Shown piece by piece: positions 25,324 through 34,082 of a stretch of 64,000 nucleotides of DNA; the stretch's first letter is position 1; each line of letters starts with the position of its first letter. The DNA is from Takakia lepidozioides (lineage: Eukaryota > Plantae > Bryophyta). Both the position numbers and the translations under genes were made by a program. Under the pieces are notes generated by a model. It was not told the origin of the DNA and ran no database searches. It saw nothing but the letters and a program-made list of their open reading frames with translations. The DNA lies in assembly GCA_030704615.1 (NCBI GenBank), contig CM060731.1:55614001-55678000 (forward strand), given 5' to 3'.

Positions 25324-28300
25324 ATGCCGAAGGGGAGGAAGCAGATGCGTCTACAGGAGGAGATTGCCATCTCCGAGCAGCAGGCCACTCAGGCAACCCA
25401 GCCACCAGTGAGAGCTCCATGCGATCGGGCTGCGCGCAGCTGATCGAGCACCGAACCCCCCATTTTGCTTCTGTAATTCTTAGACTGAATGCTAGGAGAC
25501 TTGAATGCAGAACATGTTTGCATGCCTAACAGGAAAGGTGGACGTGCTGGAGGGATCGCAGGAATCCGAAGAGCCGCAGGAAGAGTCCGAGGAGCTAGCT
25601 GCAGCACGTACACCCACCCGATCCCCGAGCGCGGGTATTCCTGCCGGGCCTAGCCCTCTGCGATTCAAAGACGCGTCTTCGAAGGGCAAGTTCAAAGTCC
25701 CAGAGATCGACTCGCGTTCTTCGGTCATGGAGAATCGCCAGCAGGGGTCGGGCCCTTCTCCAGCAAAGTCGAAGAAGAAGAGCCCGTCCCTCTACTGGCT
25801 TCTGAACCGGCTCAGGCCGATTCACCCCCCCCAACGCGAATGAAGCAGCAGGGTAAAAGACAGATTCAATTGCAGCAGACACCTTCACCTGCAAGGATGA
25901 GGAAGCAGAAGGCAATCAGGGCGACGGGCGAACAATCTCCCGCAAAACCGCTTCCACGAGCTGAAGCTCAGTTCCTGGAGGATTTCCCGCCTGCAGATGT
26001 TGGGGCCGACTCTGCTGCAGCGAAGGCAATGGGATCGACCGTTGATCTCGATTTGGTACCGGAGGAGGGTGCTGCCGCTCAACTTTCGCAGCAAGACCTC
26101 ACCACCGATGAGCAAGCAGGCCCGGAGAAGGCCTCTGCAATGGCAGAATTGCCCGCAGACAGGCCCCAGAGTGCAGCTCCAGTTGAGGATGCTCCAGCTG
26201 CTCAGCCACTACTGGCACCTACAGACATGTCTCCGGAGGATTTCAAAAGTGCAGCGGATAAAATGTTGGAGGAGACACACAGTAGCATTGGCAGAGTTCT
26301 GGGCAGCAGGGTATTCCAGCGGACTCTTCGAATCCCACTCTGTCGCATGGTCTCCCTTCCCATCGTCAGGCAGGCCCTTCCCGGAGATGTGGATAAGCTC
26401 AAGTTCGCATTTTGAGAAGGGTACCGTCTGGGATCGGCAGCGTTTTACGTTTCCATTGAGAATGAGGACGGCGAAACTCGTGGACCCACTGCTGATGAAT
26501 TGTCAACGTGGGATACCCACTGGCACACTCGCAACCACGAATTCGAGGCGACGCTGAAGGGTGATCCCGACTTCGGCCATATGTCGGGTAAAATGTTCTT
26601 TGTGTGGGACGGGAATCACCGACTTCTCGCCTGGTGGGAGTACATCAAGCAGAACCATGCCAAGCACATTGGCTGGCATTACATGGTGGAGTGTGTCATC
26701 CTCAAGGTGAAGGCGGCAGACTCCTCCCTGCTCAAGAATGCCATGGCGGACCTCAACTCGTAAGATACTCATACCCTCCCTAGCACGTTCGAAATGCGGT
26801 GCCGCATTTCGGTTTCCATTCTGGTTTGTTTCCGTGCTTCCGTGTACTGAACTGGAGAGTGTGCCTTGCAGGGTCACTGAAAATGCGTACGTGCATACCC
26901 ACATGGCACACATGCTGTACAGGGTGAGGAAAATGGTCTCACTGATCCGCAGATGTTTGCGGAAATGCTGGAGCCCGAGCTCATTCAGAAAGCCGTTGCA
27001 AAAACAGACCGGACATGGTATCGTCTCACTATGGATGGAATGGTGGAGGTGATATACGAAGTAAGTCGTCCTCCAATTTCCCTCTGCTCATCCTTCCCCA
27101 ATTTTCAGTAATGTTTCCACATGAATCGAATGTAACGCTTCTGCATGTTTTTGTTGGCAGTCAAACATCAAGCTGGATTTGGCCCATGCCAAACGCTTCT
27201 TCATGGAAAGTGAGGGGCAGGTGAAAACGTTGCAGTCATTGACTGAGCACTTGAAGGAAGCCGGTGTCAAGTCCAGAACCAAATACAAGTCAAAGCTTGT
27301 GAAGCTGGTGGCAATTGCAGATCCGACACTTGGAAAGGACTTCATCCCCGAGATTGCAAAACACTATTCTCGGGCCATGCAGCCGACCATGCAATTGGAG
27401 AAACTGCATCACCTCTCAACGGCATGTGTGGAGGCGAAAGAGAAGGTGAGGTTTCAATGCACTGAAGTTCCTTCCTAGCAATAGCCACTCTCTTCCAGCT
27501 CCTGACATTGGATCGGAAATGGCAGACACGGTGGCTGTCGATCTGGAATGCATCCGAGAGCATAAGGACAATGTGGTCTTTTCCACTCGAAGTTTCCGAC
27601 CCTGCAGTGGATGTGTGGCTCAACCGCATGACTTGGTGGTTCCAGGTAATTCAAGGTACTTCCCCAGATTTGCTTTTCTGAAATGAATTCCCTGAACTGC
27701 TACGTGACAATGCATTTGGGAATCGCAGGTAATGTCGAATGCGAAGGAGCAAGTCGTAATGCACACAAATTTGTTCGGCTTGTACGTCAAATGGGATGGA
27801 ACACAGACATTGGAAGACTACGTGACACGTTTCAGATGTGCGTACAAGGACAACCTTTTCGCCAGAGAGCTACAGACAGCAAGAAGGAGCGTGGAGTTTA
27901 CACATCAGGAGGGAGCGGGGAAAGCTGCAATGCGAATTGTTTACAGGTGAAGCACAGCTGCCCTTGTATGCGAAGCCTGGTTACGAGGTTTGTCTCGGAA
28001 ATGCGGCACCGCATTCGCATTTTATGTTTTCGGTGGCACTCTGCCAGTAGGTTGGTCTCAAGTTTTGCTCACGCATGCTGACTGCCTTGCAGGTATATGA
28101 AATACGTGCTCCTTCAGACAGGGGCCCTGGCTCAAGAGCCCCCTTCTTCATGGCTTGGACCGTGGCGGGCCCAAGCTGTGTCTACACACCCGAGATGCAG
28201 AAACAATGGCATCCCGCGCATCTCGTTGGATGCCCGTGGTACCTGGACATGTCTGGCGGTATTGTTGACGAGTCTGAGAAAGATCTGCACGCCTTGGCAG

Positions 28301-30443
28301 AAGAGAAGAGAAAGGAAAGACGTGTCCCTGCTGGGCCAAAGTCGGCAAAGGAATCTGCTGCTCTGGAAGAATCCAGAAAGGCAGCTGAGATGGCACAAAA
28401 GACGGTGGATGCAGCTGTGCAGGCCCAACAGAAGGGGTCGAAGAAGAGGACTCGCCAGCAAGGAGCAGCTGTTGTGACACCCGCCAAAACGAAGAAGCAG
28501 AAACAGCCTGTTCAGGAAGAGGGTGAGGAAGAGGACTCCGATGGAGACTTTGCAACCAGCCCACCCCCCAAACGCAGGCTGCCTCCCCTGTGCCCACCGT
28601 TGTCACGAGAGGCACGAGAACTGGCTCGGCAAAGAAGGCACTCTTCAACCCCCCAGGGGGGCACCCTTTCGAGCCGGTGGAAATGAAGAGGCCGAAAGTG
28701 GCTCCCGAAACAGTAGTCCAGTGTGTAAATGAGAGTTTCTTGGCGGCTTTGGATGGACGGGCAGCCAAGTTGGCATACATGAAGACCATGGAGGGTCTGA
28801 AGGGCAGAGCACTGAAGAAGGCGACTGCCGAAGAGCCTTCCGACACCCCAGGATTTCAGAATATGGTCTCGTTCTTTGAGAGGGTGTGTGCAGACAAGGA
28901 TTGTAGGAGGGGCGGAAATGCCACCGAGTGGTCTTGCGATATGATCATCTTGGATATTCCGGACGGAGAGCCTGTGGAAGGACTGCAAGCTTTGCCATCT
29001 TGGAACAGGTACTCGGAGGACTTTTGGAAGAAAGGATTCGGGCTTGCCCGCATGGTGTTGGACGACAGAGGCTGTGTGGTTGTCCTGGCGAGCAGAGGAA
29101 AAAACACTCAGACAGGAATTGCGAAGTGGACCCGCAAGAGCGCCGTCCCGATTCTGAAAAAGAAGTGGACGTGCATCAACACACTGGGCCTTCGGTCGGA
29201 AGGGAAGAAGGTGATTACGACACTGGCACTCGTCCATTCATTTGCTTGGGTGTTTTCAAATGCGGTGCCGCATTCGGTTTCTAATCGTTTTCCCCCTGTG
29301 TATGCAGACGAAGCAGTTCGATGCATACTGCTTTGTGAAGGAGAACTCCACCTTTGCTTTCCGGAAGGAGGGAGGAAAGGTTGACCCGAACTGCGACCCA
29401 CTCGATTACGACGTTCTGTTCAACAACGTTCCCAAGGAACTTCTCCCTCATAGCCTCACTTCAACGGAACCCCTGCGGTACTCACGGACTCGGAGCCCTG
29501 CCTTCATTCAGACAATTATGGAGACATGCACAGACGTGGAGGGCACAGTGCTCGACCTCATCTGTGGGACAGGTATGCAGAATCTTGATCTATGCTGTTC
29601 TGCAAATTCTCGTTAGGATGTAGTTCGCAACATCTGAAGCGCCATGTGGTAATGTGTGGATGGCATTGTAACAGGTGCCTCAATGTGGGCTGGGCGGTTT
29701 TCCGACCGGCACCTCTTTGCCTACGAGGAGGATTCATCCGTGTGGGGATCCCATCTGGAGGGGCTGCAACGGAATGTGAAGGCTCCCGACAGAGCGGAAG
29801 TCTCCTCGGATTCGTCGGAGTCCGAGGAAGACACAGTGGACATTGATGCGGAGGAGAACCCGGAATACGAGTGAGTGCAAACATTGTAAGTTTGCAAAGC
29901 CTTCTGGGTCATTTATGTCAAACGAATTTCCCGACTGTGGTTCTCATTAGTCTCGTTGATGATTGTCATGTGCAGGATTGCAGGGTCCGGGTCGAAACAT
30001 GTAGGGCCTACACTTCCTGCCAGGAAGAATGTCCCGTTCTTTGCGAGGGCCGATTCATGACGAGCCCGGTGAGGGACTACTCCCTTCCTAGTTATGCAGC
30101 TAAACTCGCAAATACAGCGATTAGAAGAAGTGAGAATCCCAGTAAAGTAGAGCAGATTTTGGAGAGGGCTAGGGAGGACAGAAGGATAAGGAAAGAGTTG
30201 GCAGCAGCTCAGACAGGTAGACGGGTACGAAAGTACATATGTGATTCAGCGGATGAGAGCGACGCAGACAGGGAGGAAGACGACCCAACGGAGGTGAGAT
30301 GGACAGTTCCGCAAGGGGAAGATGGGATTTTCGAAAGCCTGGCCAACGAGCAGTCCGCTGGAGATGAGAGAGGCACTGAGGGGGTGGAGGAGGAGCAGGA
30401 CAGTCTAGAACAGGATGAGGATTCGGATGATTTTCAAGATTAA
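25324..30443 (+). CDS. Spliced ~1,400-aa ParB/Srx-like domain + N6A/N4C DNA methyltransferase-fold protein (this copy has a few 1-bp indels and a CGA>TGA at 26413)
   Basis: Exons ~25324-25400 (uncertain), ~25535-26759, 26872-27060, 27161-27445, 27499-27645, 27729-27946, 28093-29210, 29308-29572, 29675-29870, 29976-30443, with GT-AG sites in compatible phases. Motifs FFVWDGNHRLLAW; CDMIILDIPDG; LARMVLDDRG; TDVEGTVLDLICGT^GASMWAGRFSDRHLFAYE. Confidence 0.75.
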
Positions 30444-30578
30444 TAGAATTTTAATGAAGTCTCTGTAAATGTAAATTCTCTTCCAGAGTATATAAAGGAA
30501 ATTCTGCCCGACATTCGTGACCCCTCTCCAGTGTGCATTCCAGCCACACAATCGCCCAAACCACGACGCTCCAAAATC

Positions 30579-31371
30579 GAAATGGGGCACCGCATTTCCA
30601 AAATTTTGGGGAACTCTAAGAACCTCTTTTGAAATGCGGCACCGCATTTCCAAAACAGGGGAGGGACTAAATTTTCCATTTCAATGTTGGCATAGTAAAA
30701 AGTAATCTGAATTGGAAATGCGGTGCCGCATTTCCAAAATTTCCTTTGTCCACACGCCAGTTTTGGCCTCTCCCACTCATTGCATGGATGCCACCACGCT
30801 TACAGAGGTCGAACAACGAGGTCGAACAAGGAGGTCGACATGGCGGGATTGAAAATGCGGTGCCGCATTTCATATTGGGGATGGTCGTTGTTCGAACTGC
30901 AGGCCCATCAGCAAAAATTGGCACCGCATTCCATTGTTAAAAAAAAGTCGATGACGGACATGGAAATGCGGCGCCGCATTTCCAGAACGGACATCGCAAT
31001 TTGTCCATTTGCAGACCCTCTCTCGGAAATGCGGTAACGCATTCCATCGCGCTGGTCGGAAATGTCACACTTTTCGAAGTGTTGTACGGAAATGCGGCAC
31101 CGCATTCCCTTGTCCAAAAAGAAGTTTCCATTGCCAAGCTGGAAATGCGTCGCCGCATTTGCAATGCCAACCTCGTTTTCTGATCAATTTATAGACCCGT
31201 GTTGGTATTTCGTGTACCTGGACGGAAATGATGCACCGCATTTTCTTGTCCCACATGGAAATGCATGCCGCATTTCGGTCCCGACATGGAAATGCGGCGC
31301 CGCATTTCGGTGCCGACATGGAAATGCGGCCCGCATTTCGATGGCGACATGGAAATGCGGTGCCACATTTC
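30579..31371. repeat. Array of ~15 palindromes GAAATGCGG-NN-CCGCATTTC
   Basis: Starts at 30579, 30631, 30715, 30852, 30963, 31026, 31089, 31142, 31225, 31258, 31289, 31321 and 31352, plus degenerate copies. Confidence 0.92.
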
Positions 31372-31628
31372 GATGTCCGACATGGCGTTACTCTGGTATA
31401 TTCTTGACACATGACTCACATACCGGTTACTCTGCTATATTCATCCGGACAGACACATTGTAGAAATGAGACATCAAATTGTAAACAGTGGGCCAATTCC
31501 GACAGTTATTCAACACAATGAAGCACAATCATACAGAAGTGAGGTACGATGGGTTTATTGATCGGACACGATGTCTCACATTTACCAACTGCAGACAAAA
31601 CTAAGCCCTTCCTCCTTCTACATGGGCT

Positions 31629-32207
31629 TCACCAAGTCGACGGAACTTCGATACCCCTCAAAACAAGCTCATCACTGCTGCGGCACCTCGAGGTAAACTG
31701 CAATTCGGTCGTTCTGCTGCCCTTGCTGGAGCCGACGACAATGTCATGTCCATCAATGATACCACCATCATACATTGACAAGGTCACTGTGGGCCTCATG
31801 TGCCCGTGCGATTCGTCTTCGCAACGCAGCCGAATGTCTCCATACACTGGAAGAGCGGAGTGATCTGCACGTATATAGTTTTCCCCGGTGCCGTCCTCCC
31901 TGGTCCACTGGCAGCAGTTCCAGCGCCAAAGCGAGGCCGTGCGTGATCTATCCGGCATCCCTTTCCAGCTTGGTATATCGAGGTCAACAATTTTCAGGAC
32001 CCACGGACCGCATTGACCCTCGCCCTCACCTCGCTCAAAGCGGTAATAGCCCTCCAGATACTCCATTGCGCGCAAAGACTCTTGCTTGATTCCAGCAGCG
32101 TCTGTGAAAACAGAGAGCCAGACAATGATGTCTCCTGATTCTGGTTTGAACATAGCATAATCGTGGCCATGATAAGGGCAGTCGGCTGGATTTCGGCGGC
32201 ACGGCAT
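31629..32207 (-). CDS. Orphan ~192-aa beta-rich protein A (MPCRRNPADCP...), intronless
   Basis: Aligns end to end with its paralog at 32758-33321 (DYAM, SGDI, FERG, RWNCC.WT, YGDIR, DGG.I.G.DIVV, ELVLR..EVP). Confidence 0.75.
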   Translation of the reverse strand: MPCRRNPADCPYHGHDYAMFKPESGDIIVWLSVFTDAAGIKQESLRAMEYLEGYYRFERGEGEGQCGPWVLKIVDLDIPSWKGMPDRSRTASLWRWNCCQWTREDGTGENYIRADHSALPVYGDIRLRCEDESHGHMRPTVTLSMYDGGIIDGHDIVVGSSKGSRTTELQFTSRCRSSDELVLRGIEVPSTW

Positions 32208-32464
32208 CCTTGAAAAAGAGTAGCGGAGTACGCTCAATGACAGCAGCTCCCGGATGGAGGAGGAGCAGCGCGGTGGCTGGAAAAAGTTCAAGCTAACGCT
32301 GCAATTCCTCACAAACACTCCAGGGCACATTTAAATTTCCCCCCTACAGGATCCTGGACCGATGAAGATTGGCTGCTGCATGAATGTAGCCGTTTCAGTT
32401 TCCTACCCTGCCATGCAAACTATGGGCAGTCACTGCCAGGTGGGCCGATAGCCACTGGACACGA

Positions 32465-32528
32465 CGAAGTCCATCCCCTCTTCGATGTAAATGCGGCGCC
32501 GAATTTCCATCCGGGGGGATGGACTTCG
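32465..32528. promoter_or_regulatory. 64-bp hairpin centred on a palindrome copy in the bidirectional intergenic region
   Basis: CGAAGTCCATCCCC (32465-32478) pairs with GGGGATGGACTTCG (32515-32528) around AAATGCGGCGCCGAATTT. Confidence 0.75.
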
Positions 32529-32757
32529 GTGGCAGATCTCAAACTATAACTTGTTGATGAGAAAGATGTATGGCTTCATCCACCGCTGGCGTGATGAACA
32601 CGTTCCACCTCCGTCGGTGGGTACGTGTGACCCAGATGCTCCATTATTGGAGGCCGGACTGCTCTTCCGCTTCGTATCATTTCCAAAATCTAAGGGCTTC
32701 GTAGCTGTCCGCAAGGTCATCGGCATCCAAGTCGTCCTCAGGTCCTCCTTTGCAAGG

Positions 32758-33321
32758 ATGCCGTGCTTCCGGAACCGGGACGACTGCCCCTTTGGAGGCA
32801 TCGATTATGCAATGTATTCGGCCACATCGGGAGACATTGTTATCTGGTACACAGATTACACAGAAGATACTGGTTCGATTGTGGAAACATTGGTGGCTTT
32901 TGAGTATATCGTAGGCCACTACGCCTTCGAGCGGGGTGACGATCTTGGTTTGAGGAGTCCGTGGCTCCTGCGCATCCTCGATTCCGATTTTCCCAGCTAC
33001 GACGGTCACCCATGCAGAAGAAGGCGCACTGCTATGCTGTTGCGGTGGAACTGCTGCCACTGGACGTGGGTGGACTCCATCGGAGAGACCTATTCTCCTC
33101 GAGGAGTGCGCTCCTCTTCTCCATTGTATGGGGACATTCGCATTGGTGTGGACGACGAAAACGTGAAGATTTCCATATTCGATGGTGGTATGATTGAAGG
33201 GCAGGACATTGTGGTGAACATCACTAGGGGCGGTACAACGGCTGCAATCGACTTTACATGGAGGAGCCCCATGACTCATGAGCTAGTTCTGAGAGCAGTC
33301 GAAGTCCCATTGACAACGTGA
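32758..33321 (+). CDS. Orphan ~187-aa beta-rich protein B (MPCFRNRDDCP...), intronless
   Basis: Paralog of 31629-32207 with the same CAAGG-ATGCCGTGC start context. Retained in all four X copies. Confidence 0.75.
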   Translation: MPCFRNRDDCPFGGIDYAMYSATSGDIVIWYTDYTEDTGSIVETLVAFEYIVGHYAFERGDDLGLRSPWLLRILDSDFPSYDGHPCRRRRTAMLLRWNCCHWTWVDSIGETYSPRGVRSSSPLYGDIRIGVDDENVKISIFDGGMIEGQDIVVNITRGGTTAAIDFTWRSPMTHELVLRAVEVPLTT

Positions 33322-33701
33322 CTTGTATTCAGTAGGCACAGGGCTCAAGATTTGAGGGCACAATCAGCACAGTAGACGTGCTTCAAATGCAATTCATGTG
33401 GATCAATAAAAACCTCATTGTGCCCTCTTTTTATTCTATTCTGTGTCCATCGTTCCGAGAATGCGTCATTGCTCATTTCGTTTGGGATTGGGAGTGTGGG
33501 TGATTTTGCAAATGGCTGGTAGGCTGAAATGGGCCCCCATTGTACAGAGCAGTACCACCCTACCATTCGCGAAACATTGCCTTTCAATATATAATTCTAA
33601 ATAACATTGTCGAACCTCCTTCATCGGGAGGTCCTTCTCCCCCTATGACCGTGGCACCCTAAACCCTATTCCCGCGGACACTCATTTCTGGAAAATAGTG
33701 C

Positions 33702-33784
33702 TGCTCATGTTTTTTTTCCACACTTACGACTCTGCTCATGGCTCATGCCGCTCATGGCTCATGGCTCATGAAATAGCAGCCCCC
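33702..33784 (+). repeat. Element X terminus
   Basis: (GCTCATG)n-AAATAGCAGCCCCC abutting LTR sequence. Confidence 0.88.
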
Positions 33785-34082
33785 GTGACAGCTGTGTCAA
33801 GCTGTGACTGGCTGTGTGAAACTGTGACGGGCTGTGACTGGCTGTGCGACTGTGTTTGGCTGTGTCGGGCTGTGACTGGTGTGTCGACTGTGGACGGGCT
33901 GTGTTGGCTGTGTCGGCTGTGACGACCGTGACGGGCTGTGTTGGCTGTGACGGACTGTGTAACCCCCCTCTACAGTACGCTGCTGTCACCCCTAAGGTTC
34001 CTGTTGGTCTCAGTCTGTGCAAAAATTAAGGGTACCCTACAGATCCCGTATAAGTGTCTAAGTCCCAGACAGTCCTCTAACA
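33785..34082 (-). repeat. Truncated LTR (5' ~300 bp) inserted in the extra ORF of another copy
   Basis: The TGTTAGAGG start at 34082 is preceded by coding sequence, not a PPT. Cut by the X terminus. Confidence 0.88.

Larger units (their letters stand above)
24877..33784 (+). mobile_element. Element X copy 1 (ParB-MTase gene, palindrome array, divergent orphan gene pair, terminus)
   Basis: Multi-copy in this window. Sharp junctions with gypsy sequence on both sides and a conserved right terminus. Confidence 0.8.

Noticed and set aside
30579-31371. CRISPR array
   Set aside because: Spacers vary from ~11 to ~117 bp, repeats are degenerate, there are no cas genes, and copies also lie in spliceosomal introns.
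30405-31463. Many short ORFs with MRRRIS/KCGAAF/GNAAPHF repeats (also 40828-41740, 48064-49009, 58388-59243)
   Set aside because: Translation artefacts of the palindrome on both strands; frames are not conserved between copies.
33656-33668. Telomere or interstitial telomeric array
   Set aside because: Fewer than two repeat units; kept only as a possible telo-box.
24877-33784. Bacterial or phage contamination suggested by ParB/MTase motifs
   Set aside because: The gene has GT-AG introns conserved between paralogs and is interleaved with plant-type gypsy elements at precise junctions.
33600-33784. Helitron/Helentron 3' end
   Set aside because: No CTRR end, the hairpin is ~150 bp from the end, targets are not A|T or TT, and no Rep/helicase motifs are seen.
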